This document shows positions 10,946 through 20,282 of a stretch of DNA of 64,000 bases, piece by piece. The position numbers were made by a program, and so were the translations under genes. Location of the stretch: contig OZ244034.1 in the NCBI GenBank assembly GCA_965215185.1, positions 2,112,001 through 2,176,000 on the forward strand. The letters are read 5' to 3'. The notes under the pieces are model-generated. The model was not told the DNA's origin. It was given only the letters and a program-made list of their open reading frames with translations, and made no database searches. The stretch comes from Acidimicrobiia bacterium. Lineage in GTDB: Bacteria > Actinomycetota > Acidimicrobiia > Spongiisociales > ZC4RG35. Each line of letters opens with the position of its first letter. Positions within the stretch are counted from its first letter, which is position 1.

Positions 10946-12061
10946 TCACCCGCTAAACGGCAAACCAAATTGGCGGAACCCGATCACCACGGTGGAAACC
11001 ACCAGCCACAACATCGAGAGGGGAATCAACCTCTTCCAACCCAAAGTCATCAACTGGTCGTAGCGCAGCCGGGGAAGGGTCGCTCTCACCCAAAAGAAAA
11101 CCAAAACCAAGACGTAGGTTTTCACCATCAACCATACGACAGGAAGTATGGCCGAAACCCAACCGGGCAACACTGCTTCCCACACCGGGCCGTTCCATCC
11201 CCCCAAAAACAGGGTGGCCGCAATGGCGCACATGGAGAAGATGTTTATGTATTCGGCCAAAAAAAACATAGCGAAGCGAATTCCCGAGTACTCGGTGTGG
11301 AATCCTCCCACCAACTCCTGCTCCGCCTCCACCAGGTCAAACGGGGCGCGATTGGTCTCCGCCACCGCTGCCACAAAGAAGATCACAAACGCCACCACTT
11401 GAGGAAAAATGTTCCACCGGGGTATGAGACCGAGCACCGGGTCCAGGGCGGAAACAGCCCCCTCCCAGGTTCCCGACTGCCTTTCCACGATCTCTGCCAG
11501 AGAAAGCGTTCCGCTCTCCACTCCCGGGGCAGTGGCCGAGAACATCACCACCGCTACCATCGCCAAACCCATCGCCGCCTCATAGGAAATCGCTTGGGCA
11601 GTGGCCCGAACTCCCCCCAGCAACGGGTATTTGGAACCCGAGGACCATCCGGCCAACACCACCGCGTACACGGCCATGGACGACATGGCCAGTATGAACA
11701 GAAGTCCGATGTTGAGATCGGCCCCCTGGAGCGGCACCAAACGGCCGGCAATCTCCAAACCCGGTCCGAGCGGAACCATCATGAAGATCAAAAAGGCGGG
11801 AACCACCGCCAGGAAAGGCGCCAACAGATAGGGGCCCAAGTCAGCCTTGCTCGGGGTCACCTGCTCCTTGAAGAACAGCTTCAGCCCATCTGCCAAAGTC
11901 TGAAGAATCCCCCACGGCCCCGCCCGGACCGGGCCGACCCGGTTCTGCATATCCGCCACGACCTTTCGCTCCATCCAGATGTTGACGATGGTCAGCACCA
12001 ACAAGAGGGCGAATACCCCCACCACGCGGGCACCCACCAATAGCAGATCTAACCAGTCCAT
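10946..12061 (-). CDS. nuoH: NADH-quinone oxidoreductase subunit H
   Basis: ERKVVADMQNRVGP, ADGLKLFFKE, ETNRAPFDLVEAEQELVGGFHTEYSG; start set to ATG 12061. Confidence 0.96.
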   Translation of the reverse strand: MDWLDLLLVGARVVGVFALLLVLTIVNIWMERKVVADMQNRVGPVRAGPWGILQTLADGLKLFFKEQVTPSKADLGPYLLAPFLAVVPAFLIFMMVPLGPGLEIAGRLVPLQGADLNIGLLFILAMSSMAVYAVVLAGWSSGSKYPLLGGVRATAQAISYEAAMGLAMVAVVMFSATAPGVESGTLSLAEIVERQSGTWEGAVSALDPVLGLIPRWNIFPQVVAFVIFFVAAVAETNRAPFDLVEAEQELVGGFHTEYSGIRFAMFFLAEYINIFSMCAIAATLFLGGWNGPVWEAVLPGWVSAILPVVWLMVKTYVLVLVFFWVRATLPRLRYDQLMTLGWKRLIPLSMLWLVVSTVVIGFRQFGLPFSG

Positions 12062-12256
12062 CAGGGGACTCTTAGCGGAAAAAGGAGCGCTGACACAGCC
12101 TAGGGGAGAGATTAGAAATGCCCACCTGCATAACAAAACCCTCTCATCCCCCGATAGCCCTCCAACCTACTGAAAGCCTTACCCAAAGCCGCCCCCCAAA
12201 ACCGGGCCCACACGGTAAATAATCTCCTCGTGATATGACCAGGCTGGCTATTGGCG

Positions 12257-12272
12257 TTAACATTATGTAAAA
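12257..12272. promoter_or_regulatory. Candidate transcription-factor site in the nuoH/fhs divergent region
   Basis: TTAACATTATGTAAAA, imperfect palindrome; its reverse complement matches 14560-14575 at 14/16 positions. Confidence 0.5.
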
Positions 12273-12330
12273 AATACCCGGCGGCTTCGTTCCCTAAACC
12301 GCATCCTCAAACCCCACCAGGAGGCACCCA

Positions 12331-14094
12331 TTGAAACCCACCGTCCCCTCCGACCTGGAAATTGCCCAAAGGGCCCAGGTCCTTCCCATAACCGAGATAG
12401 CCGAACGGGTAGGGATCAGAACCGAGGAGTTAATCCCCTATGGAACTGAGAAGGCCAAAGTGCATCTGGACGTACTGCGTCGGGTACGGAACCGCCCCCG
12501 AGGCCGCTACGTAAACGTCACCGCGGTCACCCCCACTCCTCTCGGGGAGGGAAAGACCACTACCACTATCGGGCTGACCCAGGGTTTGGGCGCCCGGGGT
12601 CACAAAGTCATAGCCTGCATTCGCCAGCCCAGCATGGGACCCACCTTCGGAATCAAGGGTGGGGCGGCAGGAGGAGGCTACAGCCAGGTCATACCTATGG
12701 AGGAGTTCAATCTCCACCTAACCGGGGACATACACGCCATCGGCGTGGCCCACAATCTGGCGGCGGCCGCCATCGACGCCCGCTGGTATTTCGAGGGGCG
12801 GCTCAGCGACGAACAGTTGGCGGAACGGGGACTGAAGCGTTTGGCGATTGACCCTGACGGCATCCTTTGGCGGCGAGTAGTCGATGTGAACGACCGGGCG
12901 CTTCGCAACATCGTGCTTGGGCTGGGCGGCCGGATAGATGGGCGGCCCCGGGAGAGTGGTTACGACATCACCGTGGCCAGTGAGTTAATGGCCATCCTGG
13001 CCCTAGTGGACGGCCAAGACTATGCCTCTGCCCTCCGCAACCTCCGGGAACGGTGCGGCAAGGTGGTGTTCGGAACCTCCCAGAGCGGGGAACCACTCAC
13101 CCTAGAAGACCTGGGAGTGGCAGGAGCGGTGACAGTGCTCTTGCGAGACGCCCTCCATCCCACCCTCATGCAAACCCTGGAAGGGCAGGGCGTATTCGTA
13201 CATACCGGACCCTTCGCCAACATCGCCCACGGAAACTCGTCGGTTCTGGCCGACCGGATCGCTCTCCAATTGGCCGAATACACGATCACCGAGTCGGGGT
13301 TCGGCGCCGACATGGGCATGGAAAAGTTCTTCAACATCAAGTGCCGAACCTCAGGATTGGCGCCCGACTGCGTGGTGCTGACCACCACGATACGCGCCAT
13401 CAAAACCCAGGGCGGGGGCCCGCCGGTGAAACCGGGCCGACCTCTCCCCAGCGCCTACGTGAAAGAGAACCTGCCCCTGCTGGGAGAGGGGGTGGTCAAT
13501 CTCCAAGCGCACCTCGACACCATCAAACGGTTCGGGGTCCCTGCCGTAGTAGCGGTCAACGTGTTCCCCACCGACACGGACCGGGAAATCGAGTACATTC
13601 AGGAGGCGGCGTCGGAGGCCGGAGCTCATGCGGCTGTTCCCACCACTCACTGGGCCAACGGTGGCCAAGGCGCACTGCAGATGGCGGAGGCAGTGGAGGA
13701 TGCCTGCACCGTAGCGAGCAATTTCCGTCTTCTCTACCCGAGTGAACTTTCTCTCAAGGAGAAAATCGCCAGCATCGCCTGCAATGTCTACGGAGCGGAA
13801 AACGTTTCCTACACGCCTCTCGCCAACCGCCAACTGGCCCAGTACGAGAAAGCGGGATTCGGGGATCTGCCGATCTGCATGGCCAAAACCCACCTATCCA
13901 TCAGTCACGATCCTTCCCTCCGGGGCGCCCCACGAGGCTATACCCTGCCTGTTCGGGAAGTTCGCGCCTCGGTGGGCGCCGGGTTCATCTACCCGCTGGT
14001 CGGAGCAGTCCGCACCATGCCGGGGCTTTCGTCAACCCCTGCCTACCTCAACGTGGATATCGACTCATCAGGAAAGGTGGTAGGGCTCTTTTAG
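12331..14094 (+). CDS. fhs: Formate--tetrahydrofolate ligase
   Basis: TPTPLGEGKTTTTIG, GIKGGAAGGGYSQV, HTGPFANIAHGNSS, PICMAKT; AGGAGG RBS before TTG. Confidence 0.97.
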   Translation: MKPTVPSDLEIAQRAQVLPITEIAERVGIRTEELIPYGTEKAKVHLDVLRRVRNRPRGRYVNVTAVTPTPLGEGKTTTTIGLTQGLGARGHKVIACIRQPSMGPTFGIKGGAAGGGYSQVIPMEEFNLHLTGDIHAIGVAHNLAAAAIDARWYFEGRLSDEQLAERGLKRLAIDPDGILWRRVVDVNDRALRNIVLGLGGRIDGRPRESGYDITVASELMAILALVDGQDYASALRNLRERCGKVVFGTSQSGEPLTLEDLGVAGAVTVLLRDALHPTLMQTLEGQGVFVHTGPFANIAHGNSSVLADRIALQLAEYTITESGFGADMGMEKFFNIKCRTSGLAPDCVVLTTTIRAIKTQGGGPPVKPGRPLPSAYVKENLPLLGEGVVNLQAHLDTIKRFGVPAVVAVNVFPTDTDREIEYIQEAASEAGAHAAVPTTHWANGGQGALQMAEAVEDACTVASNFRLLYPSELSLKEKIASIACNVYGAENVSYTPLANRQLAQYEKAGFGDLPICMAKTHLSISHDPSLRGAPRGYTLPVREVRASVGAGFIYPLVGAVRTMPGLSSTPAYLNVDIDSSGKVVGLF

Positions 14095-14108
14095 AAAAGA
14101 CCAAGAGG

Positions 14109-14459
14109 TCAGCCACCCTCCGGGATGGCCTCCACCACCCGCACCAGCCGATAATCAAGGGAACTTCCATCGGCCGGTGGGTCTTTCACCTGCGTAATCT
14201 CCACATCCAGGACATAAGACACACCCTCGACATAGGTAAACCCTTCGATTCCGTCGTAAAAAAATTCCCAATCAGCATCTTCGGATTCCTTCACCAAAAG
14301 GCATTTTTGAGGACCGACGCCTACGCAGTCGACGCGATCCGGGCCGACCCACATCCGCGCCTCCCGCCTCGACGACAGATCGAAAATACCAGCGCCAAAG
14401 GCAAGAATCAGAGCAACCTACACGATCACCAACCGACGAACACCAACAACCATCCTCAT
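14109..14459 (-). pseudogene. DUF4377-like small exported protein with in-frame TAG in its N-terminal signal region
   Basis: Domain ORF 14109-14354: CVGVGPQKCLLV...IEGFTYVEGVSYVL...PPADGSSLDYRL. Frame extends to ATG 14459: MRMVVGVRRLVIV*VALILAFGAG, stop at 14418-14420. Confidence 0.6.
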
Positions 14460-14559
14460 CCTCCCCAATGACGTTTTAGCAACCACTAACAAGACTCTGT
14501 TTAGAAGCCCGGTTCAAAGACTCCTACATTCACCTTATACACATACGGCCCACCTTGTG

Positions 14560-14575
14560 TTTTACATTGTGTTAA
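14560..14575. promoter_or_regulatory. Candidate transcription-factor site upstream of the formate dehydrogenase operon
   Basis: TTTTACATTGTGTTAA about 50 nt upstream of ATG 14624; near-identical to the site at 12257-12272. Confidence 0.5.
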
Positions 14576-14623
14576 AATGGGATTACGCGGGACCAGCCCG
14601 TGATTCTTTAAGGAGAGTCGACT

Positions 14624-16525
14624 ATGGGAAAAAAGACCCGGCTGACCCATCCTCTGGTGCGCCGCAACGGCGTGCTTCGAGAAGCCTCCTGGACCGAAGC
14701 ACTCACTGCGGCCGCTGACGGCCTTGCAACGGTGCGGGATGCTCACGGCGGAGATGCCATAGGGATGTTTTCCTGCTCAAAAGCCACCAACGAGACCAAC
14801 TTCCTAGCGCAGAAGTTTGCTCGGGTGGTGCTGGGCACCAACAACGTAGATTCCTGTAACCGGACCTGACACGCTCCCAGCGTCGCCGGTCTGGCGGCAG
14901 TTTTTGGAGCAGGGGGGGGAACCAGTTCCTATCAGGAAATGGATGACGCCGACGTGGTGATCCTGTGGGGATCCAACGCTCGGACGGCTCATCCTATCTT
15001 TTTCCACAGGATTATCCGAGCAGTGCGCCGCGGCGCTCGTCTGTTCTGCGTGGATCCGCGCCGCAGCGCCTCGGCCGAATGGGCCGATCTGTGGCTGGGT
15101 ATCGACGTTGGATCCGATATCGCCTTGGCAAATGCCGTGGCCCGGGAAATAATCGCTTCCGGGCTGGAAAACCGAGAGTTCATCGACCACGCCACCCTCC
15201 ATTACGACCAGTACGCCGCCAGCGTCGAGGATTGGACCCTAGAGCGAGGGGAGGAGATCACCGGAGTGCCTGCCCACGCCATCCAGGAGCTGGCCCACGC
15301 CTATGCCCGCGCCGACCGTGCCCAACTGTGCTGGACACTGGGGATAACCGAGCATCACAACGCCACCGACAATGTCCTGGCTCTGATCAACCTCGCCTTG
15401 CTTTGCGGCCATGTGGGCCGCTACGGATCGGGTCTGGTGCCCCTGCGGGGTCAGAACAACGTGCAGGGGGGCGGGGATATGGGAGCGATTCCCAATAAGC
15501 TGCCCGGTTTTCAAGATGTGGAGTCAGATGAGATCCGAGCCCGGTTCGAGTCTGCCTGGAATTCCCCCATCCCTCCCCGCAAGGGGCTCCACCTCACTGA
15601 GATGTTCGAAGCCATGGAGGACCGACGCTTGCGGGCGGTGTACGTGATCGGAGAAAACCCCGCCCAATCGGAAGCGGATGTCCAACGGGCCCGGCATCTC
15701 ATGGAAGGACTCGATTTCATGATGGTGCAGGACATCTTCTTGACTCGCACTGCCCAAATGGCGGATGTGGTGCTACCTGCCGCCGCCGATTGGTGCGAAG
15801 CAGAGGGAACAGTTACCTCCAGCGAACGGCGGGTCCAAAGGGTGCGTCCCGCCCTCCGACCCCCGGGAGACGCCCGCACTGATTCCTCCATCATCTGTTC
15901 CTTGGCGGCCAGCATGGGACACGACTGGGGCACGCCCTCCGCCGAGGAGGTGTGGGACGAACTGCGCAGCCTCTCCCCCATGCACAGGGGTTTGTCCTAC
16001 CGCCGACTGGAAGAGCACGGCGGATTGCAATGGCCCTGCTACGACGAAGACCATCCCGGGGAGTTGTTCCTTCACTCCCGTTTGTGGGAAGACCCACCCG
16101 GCGGTCCGCTCGCACCCTTCAGCCCGGTGGAATGGGCACCTCCGGTCGACCGTTTGACCGACGAATATCCCGTCCGGCTCACCACCGGACGCCATCTGGA
16201 CTCCTACAACACCGGAGTGCAGAGCGGAGGCAACGACACCCCGATCCGGATGGGGGCAACTCTCGACATCTCACCCGAAGACTCCATGGCTTGGAAGATC
16301 TCGGAAGGAGAAGAGGTACAGATCACCTCCCGACGGGGATCGATCAAGGCCCCCGCCCGGGTGGACCGCTGCCTCCGGCCCGGTCTGGTCTTCATGTCCG
16401 TTCACTTTCCCGAGCAGGCCGACATCAACAAGCTCACCATCGAGGCCTGGGATCCCAAGAGTGGTACCGCCGAGTTCAAGGCCACCGCCGTGCGGATTGA
16501 AAAGACACTGGCGCCGGTCGGATAA
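14624..16525 (+). CDS. fdhF: Selenocysteine-containing Mo/W-bisPGD formate dehydrogenase catalytic subunit (633 aa by UGA recoding; lacks N-terminal Fe-S region)
   Basis: ORFs 14624-14869 and 14939-16525 are in one frame separated only by TGA 14867-14869 in DSCNRT-U-HAPSVAGL, the FDH metal-ligand motif; PLRGQNNVQG motif; AAGGAG RBS. Confidence 0.92.
14870..14910 (+). promoter_or_regulatory. Bacterial SECIS element
   Basis: Directly 3' of UGA: GCUCC...GUCGCC-GGUCU-GGCGGC...GGAGC hairpin with GGUCU apex at the same spacing as the E. coli fdhF SECIS. Confidence 0.8.
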
Positions 16526-16549
16526 GCACCAGCCGAACGCGCCTGACCG

Positions 16550-18364
16550 ATGGACCTTCGCTTTACAGAAGCCCAGCCCACCGCCCCTGAGCGGCAAGCG
16601 GTGGAAGAGGCAACCGGCATTGTGGAGGATCACAGCCATAACCGGGTGCGAACCGCCACCAACCTCCGCATCTTCAGGACCGGGCGGCAAAGCGTCACCG
16701 ATCGGCGCCATCTCCTGCTGCCCGCCCTCGAAGCCGTGCAATCCACCATCGGGTGGGTGTCGGAGGGCGCGCTCATGCACATCTGCCGGGTGCTGTCGGT
16801 GCCCCCCGCCGAGGCTTGGGGGGTGGCCACGTTCTATTCCCTTATTTCGGTCGATCCCTCTCCGCCGGCGGTGTGGCATATTTGTGACGACATTGTCTGT
16901 CGCCGGGCCGGAGCCCTGGAATTGATCGAAAGCCTGGAAGCCGCAGGTCAACCAACCGCCGACGCCCGCTGGGCGCCCTCTCCCTGTCTGGGACAATGCG
17001 ACCGCGCGCCGGCCACCTACATTCAACGGGCCGGAGCCGACGACCAAGTAATAGTGGAGATGGACACCGGGCAAATCAACGGATGGGTAAATGGCGATGC
17101 CCTCCCCTCGTCCCACGGCCGACCAGCCCGGCCCGCTATTCCCCAGTTGGGTCAAACACATCTTCGCCTGCTGCGGCGGGTGGGGGTGGTTGACCCGGAT
17201 GCTCTCGAATCCTATCTGGAGGCTGGTGGCTATCAGGGCCTGCGGAAGGCGGTGGAGATGGGACCGGAAGCGGTGGTGGCAGAAGTCAAAACCTCCGGTT
17301 TGCGGGGCCGCGGAGGGGCGGCTTTTCCAGCCTGGATCAAGTGGGAGACAGTCCGCAACTCCCCCGAGCCGGTCCGCTATTTGATCTGCAACGCCGACGA
17401 ATCCGAGCCGGGCACCTTCAAAGATCGGGTCCTAATGGAAGATGACCCCTTCTCGGTGATCGAGGCCATGACCATTACCGGCTACGCTATCGGCGCTCAT
17501 CGAGGCTATCTGTACATTCGAGGAGAATATCCGCTGGCCACCAAGCGGGTGTCCAAAGCAATCGAAGCAGCCCGGCGACGGGGTCTTCTGGGGGCGCCCG
17601 CATCAAACGGGGTGACTTTCGATATCGAGATCCGGCGGGGCCAAGGCGCCTACATCTGCGGCGAGGAGACCGCCCTGATGAACTCCATAGAGGGTTTTCG
17701 GGGAGAGCCGCGCAACAAACCCCCCTTCCCGACCGTCTCGGGGTTGTTTGGAAAGCCCACCGTGATCAACAACGTGGAGACCCTCTGCAATGTCCTCGAC
17801 ATCGTCACCGAGGGCGGAGAGGCCTTCGCCTCGATTGGCACCTCCCAATCCACCGGACCCAAACTGTTCTGCCTGTCGGGATCTATCAGCCAGCCCGGTG
17901 TTTACGAGGTTGAATTCGGCGCCACCCTGGGGGAACTGCTGGAACTGGCGGGAGGGCTGCCCACCGGGCTGGAATTGAAGGCCATCCTGCTGGGAGGCGC
18001 GGCCGGGTCTTTCGTACTGCCCGACCTTTTGGACATGCCTCTCACCTTCGAGGCCGCCGCCGAAGCAGGGGTTTCGCTGGGGTCCGGGGTGATTATGGCT
18101 TTCGACCAGCACACCGACTTCGGAGACATTCTCGGTCGCATCGCCGCCTTCTTCAGAGACGAGACCTGTGGGCAGTGCGTTCCCTGCCGAGTTGGTACTG
18201 TTCGTTTGGAAGAAGGTTTAGCCCGTATCCGCCGACAACCCCAACCCGGAGATGTGCAATTGATAGCAGAAATCGATCTGGCCATGCGGGACGCCTCCAT
18301 TTGCGGTCTAGGCCACACAGCCGCCATCGCCCTTCGTTCGGCACTCGATCTGGGACTGCTGTGA
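16550..18364 (+). CDS. Fused NuoE-NuoF-like (FdsG/FdsB-like) FMN/NAD-binding diaphorase subunit
   Basis: 2Fe-2S CDDIVC...CLGQC; GLRGRGGAAFP, CNADESEPG, YICGEETAL, CGQCVPC...C. Confidence 0.93.
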   Translation: MDLRFTEAQPTAPERQAVEEATGIVEDHSHNRVRTATNLRIFRTGRQSVTDRRHLLLPALEAVQSTIGWVSEGALMHICRVLSVPPAEAWGVATFYSLISVDPSPPAVWHICDDIVCRRAGALELIESLEAAGQPTADARWAPSPCLGQCDRAPATYIQRAGADDQVIVEMDTGQINGWVNGDALPSSHGRPARPAIPQLGQTHLRLLRRVGVVDPDALESYLEAGGYQGLRKAVEMGPEAVVAEVKTSGLRGRGGAAFPAWIKWETVRNSPEPVRYLICNADESEPGTFKDRVLMEDDPFSVIEAMTITGYAIGAHRGYLYIRGEYPLATKRVSKAIEAARRRGLLGAPASNGVTFDIEIRRGQGAYICGEETALMNSIEGFRGEPRNKPPFPTVSGLFGKPTVINNVETLCNVLDIVTEGGEAFASIGTSQSTGPKLFCLSGSISQPGVYEVEFGATLGELLELAGGLPTGLELKAILLGGAAGSFVLPDLLDMPLTFEAAAEAGVSLGSGVIMAFDQHTDFGDILGRIAAFFRDETCGQCVPCRVGTVRLEEGLARIRRQPQPGDVQLIAEIDLAMRDASICGLGHTAAIALRSALDLGLL

Positions 18365-19362
18365 TGGACCGGCCCGAAACCACCAAGGTTCCCACCCAGA
18401 CCGTTCGGTTGACCATAGACGGCGCCTCGGTGGAGGCAAAAAAAGGGGCCACTCTCCTGCAAGCTTGCCAGCAGATGGGAACCGAGGTCCCCACCCTCTG
18501 TTACTCAGAGACCCTCACCCCAGTGAACGTGTGTCGCATCTGCGTAGTGGAGGTGGAGCGGAACCGCACCCTGGTTCCCGCCTGCTCACGGGTCGCCGAG
18601 GAGGGAATGGTGGTTGCCACCGACTCCGAACGGGTGAGGCACAGTCGGAAAATGGTGCTGGAATTCCTGGGATCCTCGGTGGATCTCTCCGTCGCCGACC
18701 AAGGCATAAGTGATTGGATGGAACATTACGGCGCCGACCCCAACCGCTACGGGCCTCTTTCAGTGCCCGCCGCCGCTGGAGATCGGGACGGGCGGAAGCC
18801 GGGGCATCACCATCCGGTGAACGGTCAAAGCGCGGAAGGAGTTCACCAACCCACAAAAGTGGACAACACCCTCTACGTCCGTGATTACTCCCGATGCATC
18901 CTGTGCTACAAATGCGTGGAAGCGTGCGGGATAGATGCCCAGGGAACCTATGCAATCGCCGTGGCAGGCCGAGGCTTCGACGCCCGCATCTCCACCGAGA
19001 TGGACCTTCCTCTGGGCGAGGGGGCCTGTGTTTTCTGCGGCAACTGCATTGCAGTGTGCCCCACCGGCGCCCTGATGTTCCGCTCCGAATGGGAACTGCG
19101 ACGCGCAGACCTTTGGGATCCCGACGCTCAGTCGGTAACCCGAACGGTTTGTTCCTACTGCGGGGTGGGTTGCAACCTGGAATTGCACACCCAGGACAAC
19201 CGGATCGTCAAGGTCACCTCTCCTCAGGATCATGAGGTCACCAGCGGGAATCTGTGCATCAAGGGCCGTTTCGGATACGAATACGTGCAGAATCTGGGCG
19301 ATGTGGAACGAAACTCCATAGACGAGGTGCTGGCCGCAGCCCGCCGTCCCCTCCCCGAATAG
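18364..19362 (+). CDS. NuoG/FdsA N-terminal-like iron-sulfur subunit (2Fe-2S, 2x4Fe-4S, proximal 4Fe-4S)
   Basis: PTLC...CRICVVE...PAC; CILCYKCVEAC; CVFCGNCIAVCP; C-terminal TVCSYCGVGC...LCIKGRFGY; start overlaps the upstream stop (TGATG). Confidence 0.9.
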   Translation: MDRPETTKVPTQTVRLTIDGASVEAKKGATLLQACQQMGTEVPTLCYSETLTPVNVCRICVVEVERNRTLVPACSRVAEEGMVVATDSERVRHSRKMVLEFLGSSVDLSVADQGISDWMEHYGADPNRYGPLSVPAAAGDRDGRKPGHHHPVNGQSAEGVHQPTKVDNTLYVRDYSRCILCYKCVEACGIDAQGTYAIAVAGRGFDARISTEMDLPLGEGACVFCGNCIAVCPTGALMFRSEWELRRADLWDPDAQSVTRTVCSYCGVGCNLELHTQDNRIVKVTSPQDHEVTSGNLCIKGRFGYEYVQNLGDVERNSIDEVLAAARRPLPE

Positions 19363-19371
19363 CTTCCCCTC

Positions 19372-20214
19372 TCAGGCGGGGACCGGTTTCGCCTTACCCA
19401 GGGAGAGGCGTAGCCGCGATCCCATCAGGACAACAAAGAACATCACCACCGAAATGAGCACAATGGTGGCCGACGCGGCGGTTGAATAGTGATAGCTGAC
19501 CAGCAAGCCGGCGATCACTGAGAAAATCGCACAGGCGGCGGACACCACCATAACCAGCACCACCCGTCGAACCAGGATGATGGCGGTGGCTGGCGGTCCT
19601 ACCAAAAGGCCAAATACCAGAATCGCGCCGACTCCCTGGAATAGGAGTACCACCGCCCCGGTGATGAGCGCCAACAGCGTGAAATGCGCCGTTTTGGGCC
19701 GAAATCCCATCATCTCGGCTTTGGCCGGGTTGAAGGCCAGTGTCAAGAACGGCCGATACATGATGAAGGACACCACCAGCGCCAGCACTAGCCCTACTGC
19801 CTCCAACACAATGCCGCCCACCGTCACACCCAACAGGTCACCGAAAAGTATGGCTGTTATGGAACCCGAAAAGGAAGGGGTCAGCGAGATGATCACCACG
19901 CCCAGGGCCAACATGCCCACGAACAGCAGCCCGATCCCGACATCAGGGCTGAGCTTGGTGTGCTGATGGACCAGGTTTATCCCCCAAATCATCAAGATCC
20001 CCGCCGCCAAGGCTCCCCAGAACGGGTTGACTCCTATCAGCAGAGCCACCGCTACCCCGGGAATGACCCCGTGGGCAACGGCGTCACCCATAAAGGACAT
20101 ACCCCGAATCACCACCCAGGCACCCACCACCGAGGTAAGCACTCCGGCCAATATCCCGCCGATTAGCGCCCGCTGCTGAAAAGCCAGGTCGAACGGCTCA
20201 AATAGCCAATCCAT
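19372..20214 (-). CDS. znuB: Zn/Mn metal ABC transporter permease
   Basis: RGMSFMGDAVAHGVIPG, ILFGDLLGV, VGAILVFGLLVGPPATA; start set to ATG 20214. Confidence 0.85.
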   Translation of the reverse strand: MDWLFEPFDLAFQQRALIGGILAGVLTSVVGAWVVIRGMSFMGDAVAHGVIPGVAVALLIGVNPFWGALAAGILMIWGINLVHQHTKLSPDVGIGLLFVGMLALGVVIISLTPSFSGSITAILFGDLLGVTVGGIVLEAVGLVLALVVSFIMYRPFLTLAFNPAKAEMMGFRPKTAHFTLLALITGAVVLLFQGVGAILVFGLLVGPPATAIILVRRVVLVMVVSAACAIFSVIAGLLVSYHYSTAASATIVLISVVMFFVVLMGSRLRLSLGKAKPVPA

Positions 20215-20240
20215 GTCCTCTATCCCATTGCCGAGTTCTT

Positions 20241-20270
20241 TTGACAAACCCCCATGATAATCATTATCAT
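20241..20270 (+). promoter_or_regulatory. Sigma70-type promoter overlapped by a Fur/Zur-family box
   Basis: TTGACA 20241-20246, TATCAT 20265-20270 (18-nt spacer); perfect 8-1-8 inverted repeat ATGATAAT-C-ATTATCAT at 20254-20270. Confidence 0.85.
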
Positions 20271-20282
20271 AAGCGGCGGCTA

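Noticed and set aside
12062-12330. ZTP or THF riboswitch upstream of fhs
   Set aside because: I could not find the conserved sequence or pairing elements by eye; an Rfam scan would be needed to exclude it fully.
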